This document shows, piece after piece, positions 10,101-18,500 of a stretch of DNA of 64,000 nucleotides (position 1 is the first letter of the stretch; the number at the start of each line of letters is the position of its first letter). A program made the translations under genes and the position numbers. The notes under the pieces are model-generated. The model was not told where the DNA came from and searched no databases. It saw only the letters and a program-made list of their open reading frames with translations. The DNA comes from Candidatus Omnitrophota bacterium (GTDB lineage Bacteria > Omnitrophota > Gorgyraeia > B26-G9): contig JBDRPX010000021.1 in the NCBI GenBank assembly GCA_043826565.1, positions 18,022-82,021 on the forward strand. The letters are read 5' to 3'.

Positions 10101-10667
10101 ATGAAAAGAATGTTTTGGGATAAAAATATATCTGAAAATGAAGTTAAACAAATTTTGAAAGATGATAAACAGGAAAGATTTGTTTATTTTGCGGCCATGT
10201 TGCTTTCCAGGGCCAATACTCCACAAATTGTGTTTGAAGAATTTTTAGAGAAAAAATGTTTTGTTAAATCATGGCAAAGGATTAAAAGAAAAATGCGGGA
10301 AAACAAGTGGAATGATAATCGTATTATTTTTTGGGATGCTATTTATAAAGTTTTAAAAGATAACCCAGAATATAAAAACATCAAATCACCCGGCAAGGGA
10401 AGGGAGATTGTTAGTAAAGAATTAGAAAAAATAGGGGGGCAGGTTAGAGCGATGAGAGCGGAGAAACGGATAACTCAACGCGCGCTGGCAATAGAGACAG
10501 GGGTATCGCAGCAAACAATATCGCTTATTGAAAGAGGGTATAGCAATATTTCTTTTTCAACTTTAGAAAAGATTGCAACGGCAGTTGGTTTAACAGTTAG
10601 CATAAGCGTATATCCTGCAGAAAAGATTTCTTTCCAGATGTTTGGTTCTGCCAATACGTCTTCATGA
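10101..10667 (+). CDS. protein with an unknown N-terminal domain and a C-terminal XRE-type HTH
   Basis: The C-terminal RITQRALAIETGVSQQTISLIERGYSNISFSTLEKIATAVGL is an XRE-family helix-turn-helix. It is encoded 20 nt downstream of the NTase gene in the same AT-rich block. Confidence 0.6.
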   Translation: MKRMFWDKNISENEVKQILKDDKQERFVYFAAMLLSRANTPQIVFEEFLEKKCFVKSWQRIKRKMRENKWNDNRIIFWDAIYKVLKDNPEYKNIKSPGKGREIVSKELEKIGGQVRAMRAEKRITQRALAIETGVSQQTISLIERGYSNISFSTLEKIATAVGLTVSISVYPAEKISFQMFGSANTSS

Positions 10668-10712
10668 TAATTCTTGTGTCCAAAAGGTGTAAAAACGCAA
10701 AACAACTTCCCC

Positions 10713-10741
10713 TTGAATTTCACCCCGCAACCTCGTATACT
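10713..10741 (+). promoter_or_regulatory. sigma-70-like promoter (TTGAAT-17-TATACT)
   Basis: TTGAAT at 10713-10718 is followed by a 17-nt spacer and TATACT at 10736-10741. The start codon is at 10750. Confidence 0.45.
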
Positions 10742-10749
10742 ATACCTGT

Positions 10750-11334
10750 ATGAAAAAGATCGATTTTAAGAAAATAACTTATATACTCGTCGGCATTGGG
10801 ATTGTCATGATCATCGGCTGTGCGGTCATGCTGAAACTCTATCTGCGCTCCTACCGGGTGTTTAGAGATATTGACCTTGTGGCTACGGTCCAATGTATGG
10901 AAAAAATTAAAGGAAAGCCGGAACTTGATGTTGTATTTCACGGCGGGCAGTTGTCCGGGGAAAAACGCACTTATCCGTTTACTGCCGATGAATGGGTAAT
11001 TGACTGCCGGATCGTGAAATGGAATTTTTTCCTGGAACTGCTGGGCATGAAAAGGCGCTACCGCTTAGAAAGAATAAGCAGTAGGTACTTTGAGATAAAC
11101 GATGAAAAAAACCTGCCGCGCATTGTTTACGGAATATATTCTGAGCCGGATAAAGTATGGAAGTTCATCTATAAGAACAAAAAATTAATTCCCGGGATTG
11201 ACGCGGTTTACGGCAATAGCGCGTTTGTGCCGTTTGCCAAAGGAAAAATATTTAAAGTCTATATCACCAATACCGGCCTGATGATCAGAGACATCTCGGA
11301 GCAGATAAAAAGAGACTGGCGCTCAGTAGGATAA
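10750..11334 (+). CDS. hypothetical membrane-anchored protein
   Basis: An N-terminal TM helix (ITYILVGIGIVMIIGCAVML) is present. No recognisable domain was found. Confidence 0.45.
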   Translation: MKKIDFKKITYILVGIGIVMIIGCAVMLKLYLRSYRVFRDIDLVATVQCMEKIKGKPELDVVFHGGQLSGEKRTYPFTADEWVIDCRIVKWNFFLELLGMKRRYRLERISSRYFEINDEKNLPRIVYGIYSEPDKVWKFIYKNKKLIPGIDAVYGNSAFVPFAKGKIFKVYITNTGLMIRDISEQIKRDWRSVG

Positions 11335-13552
11335 ACACACAAATCTTAATAACCGCGATTAGCAAGATCGTATTGATTATTCCTAAAATCGGGATAAGGA
11401 AGATCGAAACAAAAATCGCTCCGATAAAAGAGCCCAGCATATCCACAGCATAGAGTATGTTTTTATTTGAGTTTTCCAAATATATTTTATTCGCCAGAGG
11501 AAATTCAAAACCCACCATAAACCCCGCGAAAACAGACAGTATAAATAATATCGGAATAGTTAAGGGGATCGCACTGCTTACGCGAAGATATGTTTGTAAG
11601 CCGAGCAATGCCGGAATACAGGCCAGAGAAAAAACAATAAATAATCCTTCGACTTTAAGTAATAAGCTGGTTCGCATTTTTATTTTATCCAGCTGTTTGG
11701 TCATGAGCATGCCTCCGGAAGTGATCCCGATCATAAACGCGCTGATCAACAGCCCGATATATAAATATACATATCCGTAAAAAGTCTGCAGGCTCAGTAA
11801 AAAAATAAGATTAAGCGCTAAACCGGAAAATCCGCTGAACAGAACCATCAGGGGGATAGGCAAAGCGGGTTTCTTCTTTTTCCCGCGTGATATAAAAAAG
11901 ATAATTATTGTTACGAGCAGAATAAAAACAATTCCCTTGGCTAGGCTCCAGTTAGAAGCATTGGCAAATATTTTTTGGAAACCGGGGGTAAATAAAGCGC
12001 TCCATAAGCCTAATCCATAAAACACACCGATCGGCTCTAAGTCTTTATTTATGCGCGACGGTCTTTTTTCTAAAGAAGCATTGAACCATTGCTTTCGTTC
12101 CGGATTGAGACGTTCTTTAATATAAAAATCCGTAAACAAAGGGCTGTCGATAGAATATTTATTTAACTTAGCGGCGATTTGTTCAGGGCTAAGCAAGATG
12201 TTTTCTTCGGAGGCAAGAAGTATATTATAATAACCCGGGATCACTTCTGTATGGGGAAATACTGAGTTCATGGTGTTGATCGCGCAGTTATTAATATCGA
12301 TCTGTTCATTTGATAAATAACTTAAAGAACCAGGCAAGCTAAAACATATTAATCCGGCATTAGTTAGCTTTTGTTTGGCCAGGTTAAAAAACTCCTGGGT
12401 GTAAAACCGGTTTATTTGCAGAGTTGCCGGAGCCGGCAGGTTCATAATGATCACATCAAAAGTATTGTTGGTGTTTTTCAAAAATAAACGGCCGTCAACA
12501 TGGTGGATATGTAGCCGGGGGTCATTCAGCTCTTTTTCCGTAAGTTCGGTTTTGTATTTTTGGGCCATGCGGATAACTAAAGGATCGAGTTCCGCGTAAT
12601 GCACCTGTTCTACGGGAAATTTTAATATATTGCTGATAATTCCGCCTAAGCCTGAGCCTAAGACCAGGATATTTTTATGCGTCTGGGCAATTCCTAAAGG
12701 AAAATTAACAATATCCTGGGTGAAGACAATATCCGGGGTCGGGATGGTCATAAAAGACATTCCGTCATAATAAAATACATATTGTTCTTCCTGCTGGGTA
12801 ACCGCGATATTACCGTATATGGAATTGCGGTATTCAATAAGGTTAAAGCTTTTCCATTGTTCTCTGAGGGATTGTTTCTCAAGAGTATCGCTGAAGTTAA
12901 AATATCCCAGTAATAAAATAATTACTAAAGCCGGGAAAGCATAGCGATGAATTGTTTTTTTGCTTTTTAAGGTAAGTAAGGTATAAGCGCTGAGGATATT
13001 TATTCCGCTCATGAGAAAAGCGATGTTCATGGAATTAATATAGGGAATTAATAAAAAGGTTAAAATAATCCCGGCCAGGCCAAAACCTACTGCTTCTAAG
13101 AAATAACTTTTACCGATCGCTTGGGTCAGGGAAGTATTCTTAGTTTGTTTATATATCTGGCAGATCAGGGGAAACTGGCCGCCGAGTAAAAATCCTAAAG
13201 GCATCATTATTGCTAAAGAGCAGATTGCGATCGGCCATAAGCCGATTCCTTCTCCGGGAGACGCGGTAAGGATATTTTTTACAATCCGCGCTCCGTAAAT
13301 ACTTAGCGGAAATAATATGCCGGCACTGACCTGGGTCAGAGCATAGACAAGTTTGGGCGAGGACAGTTTTGAACTAAAGAGTCCGAATGTAAAACTGCCC
13401 GCGGCTTCTAATAGCAGCCAATTAGCCAGGATAACTCCGATGATCAGCTCATTACCGTAAAAGACGATTAAAAATTCCCGGATCAAGAGCACTTGTCCGA
13501 TACAGCAGGAAGCACCCATTAAAATTATAAGAAAAGTAATAAATTTAGACAT
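11285..13552 (-). CDS. fused multi-TM membrane domain / spermidine synthase-like (polyamine aminopropyltransferase fold) protein
   Basis: About 12 predicted TM helices are followed by a SpeE-like Rossmann domain (HILVLGSGLGG...HYAELDPLVIRMAQKY...DVIIMNLP). The start was moved to ATG at 13550-13552 (MSKFITF...), because the track start is a TTG. Confidence 0.6.
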   Translation of the reverse strand: MSKFITFLIILMGASCCIGQVLLIREFLIVFYGNELIIGVILANWLLLEAAGSFTFGLFSSKLSSPKLVYALTQVSAGILFPLSIYGARIVKNILTASPGEGIGLWPIAICSLAIMMPLGFLLGGQFPLICQIYKQTKNTSLTQAIGKSYFLEAVGFGLAGIILTFLLIPYINSMNIAFLMSGINILSAYTLLTLKSKKTIHRYAFPALVIILLLGYFNFSDTLEKQSLREQWKSFNLIEYRNSIYGNIAVTQQEEQYVFYYDGMSFMTIPTPDIVFTQDIVNFPLGIAQTHKNILVLGSGLGGIISNILKFPVEQVHYAELDPLVIRMAQKYKTELTEKELNDPRLHIHHVDGRLFLKNTNNTFDVIIMNLPAPATLQINRFYTQEFFNLAKQKLTNAGLICFSLPGSLSYLSNEQIDINNCAINTMNSVFPHTEVIPGYYNILLASEENILLSPEQIAAKLNKYSIDSPLFTDFYIKERLNPERKQWFNASLEKRPSRINKDLEPIGVFYGLGLWSALFTPGFQKIFANASNWSLAKGIVFILLVTIIIFFISRGKKKKPALPIPLMVLFSGFSGLALNLIFLLSLQTFYGYVYLYIGLLISAFMIGITSGGMLMTKQLDKIKMRTSLLLKVEGLFIVFSLACIPALLGLQTYLRVSSAIPLTIPILFILSVFAGFMVGFEFPLANKIYLENSNKNILYAVDMLGSFIGAIFVSIFLIPILGIINTILLIAVIKICVFILLSASLFLSAPRCL

Positions 13553-13780
13553 TATAGGAATTAGGTTGTTAGTTATTTCGATTATTATTAAAAAATATAT
13601 TTTGCCACTCGGGTACGATTTTTCTTGCGAACGCAAAAAATTGTCTAAAAATCGTCTCCCGGCCTTACGGGCTCGACGATTTTCTTACGCCTTTTTTTGC
13701 TAAAATCGTAACTCGTTCTAAAATATATGTATTAACAATTACTAACAAATGTTAATATATTTTTGTTATATTGTATTGCT

Positions 13781-13810
13781 AATTTGCAATCTGGAATTTG
13801 CAATGTGCAA
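13781..13810 (+). promoter_or_regulatory. AATTTGCAAT-CTGG-AATTTGCAAT direct-repeat element, related to the TTTGTAATTTGG motif at 24024 and 45378
   Basis: The sequence aatttgcaatctggaatttgcaatgtgcaat lies in a divergent intergenic region. Confidence 0.3.
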
Positions 13811-13862
13811 TAATTAATTGTACAATCATAGTAACAAATCGGCAGGTCTATTGCAAATAAAA

Positions 13863-13946
13863 CCCGCCATAAAGATTGGCGAGGTTCAATTCACCCAAAT
13901 CACTTATGTTCATGTCATTCCATAAGTGATGGGCTCATTGAAGGAG
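13863..13946 (+). promoter_or_regulatory. conserved structured leader element, family 1, copy A
   Basis: Hairpin 1 (CCCGCCAuaaagauUGGCG) is followed by GAGGUUCAAUUCACCC and then hairpin 2 (aUCACUUAUG-UUCAugucaUUC-CAUAAGUGAu). GGCUCAUUGAAGGAG follows and ends 8 nt before ATG 13954. The architecture recurs at 22333, 36481 and 50906. Confidence 0.6.
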
Positions 13947-13953
13947 AAAGATC

Positions 13954-14274
13954 ATGGCAAATGCTTTAATGCGTATCTGGGCGGAACGGGATATTGATGA
14001 GGTAAAGAAACACCTTTTATTAGCCGGGGAACTGAGTGCTAATTGTGATAATTGTCAGGAATTGGGAATTAATTTTATGAAGGAAGCGGTGTGCCCGTCC
14101 TGCGGCACTGCTTTTAAATATATTGCTTTACGCAAGAAAGACAGCTTTCGGGAAACCCAGAATATGATCGCCCGCCTAAAAGAAAACCGGCCCGATTTAA
14201 CGATCCTTGATTATGAGGATATTAAACGAGCCTGCGCTAAATCAAAAGCGAATGATATTTTCAGGATGAAATAA
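13954..14274 (+). CDS. hypothetical Zn-ribbon protein (CxxC...CxxC)
   Basis: Length is 106 aa, with CDNC and CPSC pairs. There is no known family match from memory. Confidence 0.45.
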   Translation: MANALMRIWAERDIDEVKKHLLLAGELSANCDNCQELGINFMKEAVCPSCGTAFKYIALRKKDSFRETQNMIARLKENRPDLTILDYEDIKRACAKSKANDIFRMK

Positions 14275-14323
14275 TCGGGTTCATTTACAGGATGTAAAAG
14301 CTTTGAACGGGATATTTTCGGTT
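14205..14323 (+). repeat. 119-bp direct repeat, copy 1 (last 23 codons of the upstream ORF plus a downstream hairpin motif)
   Basis: Identical to 14871-14989 by eye. Confidence 0.85.
14276..14311 (+). promoter_or_regulatory. conserved hairpin motif, family 2, copy i (CGGGUUCAUU-[UUACA-gga-UGUAA]-AAGCUUUGAACGGG)
   Basis: It starts 2 nt after the stop of the Zn-ribbon ORF and ends 44 nt upstream of the mgtC ATG. Related copies are at 14942 and 55007. Confidence 0.55.
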
Positions 14324-14355
14324 GAAAAATAGTGGAAAATTAGAAAGGGATAAAA

Positions 14356-14835
14356 ATGATAATAGATAATATACTTAATATTTCACCGTTTAGCTGGGTG
14401 GAGATAGGCAGCGCTTTAATTGCCGGGACAATCGTTGGGGTAGAAAGACAGATTTCCGGCAAACCTATTGGAATCAGGACAAGTATTCTGATTTGTTTAA
14501 GCACTTATATATTTACAACTTTCTGCAGTTTAACCACTCAGGCAACTCCGGATACCTCGCGGATAATCGGACAGATAATTACGGGAATAGGTTTTCTGGG
14601 AGCTGGAGTGATCCTTACGCGGGACGGAATTGTTTTAGGAGTGACTTCCGCGGCATGTATCTGGATATTAGCGGCCATAGGAATAACCATCGGATTAAAC
14701 TATCCTTTTACCGGCATCAAATTATCTTTATTAGCTGTTGTAATATTGACCGGTATTGATAATTTGGAAAAACGTATTCCGTTTTTAAGTAAAGGCGCAT
14801 ATCGTAAAAAAACTAAAGAAAGAAAAGAGCTATAA
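14356..14835 (+). CDS. mgtC: MgtC/SapB family membrane protein
   Basis: WVEIGSALIAGTIVGVERQISGKPIGIRT is the MgtC family signature. Length is 159 aa, with about 4 TM helices. Confidence 0.75.
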   Translation: MIIDNILNISPFSWVEIGSALIAGTIVGVERQISGKPIGIRTSILICLSTYIFTTFCSLTTQATPDTSRIIGQIITGIGFLGAGVILTRDGIVLGVTSAACIWILAAIGITIGLNYPFTGIKLSLLAVVILTGIDNLEKRIPFLSKGAYRKKTKERKEL

Positions 14836-14870
14836 TAAATCACTAAAGAAAACAGGCTCAATTTAATTAC

Positions 14871-14989
14871 CCTTGATTATGAGGATATTAAACGAGCCTG
14901 CGCTAAATCAAAAGCGAATGATATTTTCAGGATGAAATAATCGGGTTCATTTACAGGATGTAAAAGCTTTGAACGGGATATTTTCGGTT
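14871..14989 (+). repeat. 119-bp direct repeat, copy 2
   Basis: Identical to 14205-14323. It ends at the rpmB stop codon (on the - strand). Confidence 0.85.
14942..14977 (+). promoter_or_regulatory. conserved hairpin motif, family 2, copy ii
   Basis: Same sequence as copy i. It sits between the duplicated gene fragment and the 3' end of the convergent rpmB. Confidence 0.55.
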
Positions 14990-15215
14990 AAGCTTTGGTG
15001 ATTTTTCCTGAGCGGATACACGCGGTGCACACACCAGCTTTTTTCTTAGTTCCGTTAACGAGTATTCTAACGTTCTGAAGATTAGGTAGAAACCGACGTT
15101 TAGTTATCCCGGTAATCTTTATCCCTACTCCGCCTTTAGTTTTTGCTAAGCCGCGATGAGCATAAGACCTTCCAGCTACTGGTCCTTTTCCGCATATTTC
15201 ACAAATGTTTGCCAC
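14988..15215 (-). CDS. rpmB: 50S ribosomal protein L28
   Basis: [10 protein letters not shown]...[33 protein letters not shown] matches the L28 family. Length is 75 aa. Confidence 0.85.
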   Translation of the reverse strand: MANICEICGKGPVAGRSYAHRGLAKTKGGVGIKITGITKRRFLPNLQNVRILVNGTKKKAGVCTACIRSGKITKA

Positions 15216-15446
15216 TTTGTACCTCCGGTTATTGTCTTCATATAAGTTATCACAAATTTATATCATAAATGCATATCTTTGTCAATGCTTTTGGACGCAT
15301 TATTTTCTTACAACAATCGCCGGATCAGGCTGCTTTTTAGGCACAAGCGCGGCATAATTAAAATAAATTTTCTTATCTCATTGTTCTTAAAGGTGTTATG
15401 AGAATTGCAGTCTTTTTGAAATACTTTAAAAAAATGCGTCAAAAAG

Positions 15447-15475
15447 TTGAAAAAAAGCAAAATGTGTGGTATACT
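15447..15475 (+). promoter_or_regulatory. sigma-70 promoter with extended -10 (TTGAAA-17-TGgTATACT)
   Basis: TTGAAA at 15447-15452 is followed by a 17-nt spacer and TATACT at 15470-15475, preceded by TG. It lies about 75 nt upstream of ATG 15550. Confidence 0.5.
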
Positions 15476-15549
15476 TTACTACCTTTGCTTAACTTTTACT
15501 TAACTTATTTTAAATCTTATAGTTATAGCACAATTCCACGGAGGTAATA

Positions 15550-18500
15550 ATGTCACAGAAAAAGGCGGGTTTCCAACGAGTATTTAAAAACTTTTTTGTT
15601 ATTTGCCTTATCAATTCCGTATCTTTACTTAGTATATTACCTACGTATGCTCTGGTTACAGACTCAGACAATAGATCTTCCCAAACTCCTACTCTTTCCC
15701 CGCGGGTTAATCTTGATACCGCAAAAATTCAAGGGTTATTTATGAGACCGATGGATTTTTCCGCGGCCGGAATCAATTATTATATGAGTATCCCGGAGCA
15801 GATGTTTACTTTTAGCGGCCAAGCAGTGGGAACCGGTTTAGCTGATGAGCTTACCTTGTTAAACGGACAGAAGCCGGAAGATGTTATTAAGCATATCCTG
15901 CAAAACCCGGGATTATACGATCAGATAGCGCCGATTATTCTAGCGCAGGACCGGATGACGAATAACTCCGGGTATCATATTGACCGCAGATGGGCGGAAG
16001 TTTTTAAGCATGAAGCCCTAAGAAGGGCAGCTAACCGGTTAAGGGGCCGGGATATTATTTTTCTGCAAATGGAATATGAATTATCCGCGGAATTTTTGCA
16101 AAAGTTTGAGAAGCATCTTATGGAAATGTATTGCTGTACTCAGGAGGAAGCAAGATACGCGGTTGGGCAATTCGCAAAACTTCAGATGGCCGGAGGATTA
16201 GGCAGTTTTAAACCGGACTTTGTCGGCGGTTTTTTTGATGATTTAAAAAAATTCTGGGGTGAAATTGAAGCGCGGGAACGTTTACATGTCATGGGAATTC
16301 TTTATGCCAAAGCGATTAAAGGAGAGGGAGATTTAATTAATGATCGGCGGCTTGATCCGGTCAAAGAGAAGATTGAAATAGTTCGTAATGAAAAGGCAAA
16401 AGCGGCAATTGTTAAAGAGCTTACGGAATTAATAAACAATCATGCGATAGATGGAGTCGTCGATGACGCTCTGGGCAAATTGATTTCAAATTTACGGCAG
16501 ATTTTAAGAGAAGGCGATGGAAAAATTCCGGAAAAGCTGGAAGCCCTTTTGGAAAAATCAAAAAATCATTCCGGAAATAAGAATGTAGAAGATGTCATAT
16601 TGCAGGTTAAGCAGATAATGTCTACTTATGGCCGACGGGCAGAGGGTGTGCATGAACTTGTGGGCGCGGCTATTGATTCCTTAGAAGAGATTGCCCGGTA
16701 TGACGTACCTGTAGATGCGGAGGGGTTGGATACTGTTACGGTGGTAATGTATAAAAATCCCTGGTCTGATTTAAATGAATATTGGATGTATTGCCCGGAA
16801 GTTTTTCAGGAAGCTTATCCCGGAAATAGTGATGATCACTTTAGAGCAGTGCAGACTTATGTTTATCGCGATGTATGTATGCAGCATGCGGCTTTTCTTT
16901 CGGAGAAAAAGGCGATTGGAGATCATGTGATCTTATCCAGCAGTGAGACAAGTACGGCTTTGGCAAATCCGTTTATTGCTAATCCTGATTCAGAAAAATA
17001 CGGTAAAAATGAAGGCGGTATGCGCCGGAGAATTTTGCAGATGCTGGCGAGAAAAGTTGATCTGATCCATTTATATAATCATACGATTGTTCCGGCGGGA
17101 TTAAACAAACCGCCGGCAAATATGTTTGAAGTTGCCAGGATCGCGTCTAAGTTTGGATTTGTTGTGCGCAAAGAAAATGATAAATGGGTTCTTGATCTGC
17201 GGACCTTAGGCGGAGAAACCGTTGATCTGATCACCGGGTGTTCCGACGCGCATACAGATATTTGCGCGGAGCAAGATGATTTGTATGCCCGGTTCTCATC
17301 ACAGGTTAAACGGGATTATTTATTCGGAAACAGTGAAGGGTCTGATGTTGAGCGCTGGCAGGGAGAGGATATTAAACGGGTTATTAATAAGTATACAACA
17401 CTTTTGATCCGTAAAGGTGATCTTGATGTAAAGGTTTTACAGGAAAGAATCAGCCCGTATCCGGAATTATTTTTGGCTTTAGATAAGCCGGAGAATAAAA
17501 AACTTAAAGCCCGGCTTATTCAGGAACTTGTTCAGGCCAAACGAATACAAAAACAGCGTTTTATTGATGAGCTGAATAAAGGTACATTTTTTATGGATCC
17601 AAAATCTGAATTAGCAAATATCCAGGGGGATATGAGTATAACTATTGACGGGAAAAAAGTCGCGCTTATTGACCGTCCGTTTATTACTTTTGTCCGTAGG
17701 ATGGTTGAATATAAGTGCAGTAATGATGTTTTGGATGCTATAGGTGCTCCGTCTGCAGACAAAGACCTAAGCCCGGAAGAATATCAAAAGATGCTGGATG
17801 GGGTTTTGGATAATTTGGAGATGCAGGAAAACCGGGACAAGATTAAAAAAAGCGGCGCGGTATTTTTTATCGGCGGCAGAAAATTCAGTGATTTTTCCGA
17901 ACAGCAATATTTAAGGATCCAGGAATTAATTAAACGTGACCCGGAAATGAAAAAACATATAATTTTTATTTCCAACCATAATATCCATACCTCCCATTTT
18001 ATCCAGCAGGGAACGGATTTCGGCGGAATGTTAGCCTGGGAGGGGATGGAAGCCGGCCCGACCAGTCCCAGCAATGCCGGAGAAAATTTCTCGGCAAAAT
18101 TCGGGGTGCAGGATGGAGATAATAAAGAACGTCTGATTCCGGTGGAAAAAGATGCAAAAGGAAAAGTTATCCGGGGTACGGGATATCATGTTAAATACGG
18201 TAATGAATATGCTCAAGAAGGCCAGGCCCAGCGCAGGAAACCGGATCACGCGTCTTTTCTCGAGCAATTAGAAGCCGCTTGTAATGATTATTTTACTGAT
18301 AACGGGCGCGCGTATCATATGGTCGCGTTTAATAATTTATGGCTGGAGATGACCCAGGGAGATATCCGGAATCAGGCTGCCGGAGAAATAATGTTATTTG
18401 ACGCGGCGATACAGCGCAAACAGCAGGAACAGCTAGAAATTGATACCGCAATTGATGCGTTTGTTGATTCAGGCCCGATAGAGCTGAGCAAAGAACAAAT

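Noticed and set aside
11457-11780. A 107-aa + strand ORF inside the spermidine-synthase-like gene.
   Set aside because: It is antisense to a confidently called membrane protein and is low-complexity.
13878-13896. GGTTCAATTCACC resembles a tRNA T-loop (GGTTCGAATCC), which raised the possibility of a tRNA or tmRNA fragment.
   Set aside because: No complementary T-stem, acceptor stem or anticodon arm can be drawn. The same segment is the conserved single-stranded linker of the four family-1 elements.
14276-14323. Family-2 hairpin interpreted simply as the rho-independent terminator of the Zn-ribbon gene.
   Set aside because: This is not fully rejected. The following U-tract is weak (AUAUUUUCGG), and a sequence-related copy with a compensatory inner stem lies in the glnN leader. 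A purely generic terminator does not explain this, so it is kept as a regulatory-RNA candidate.
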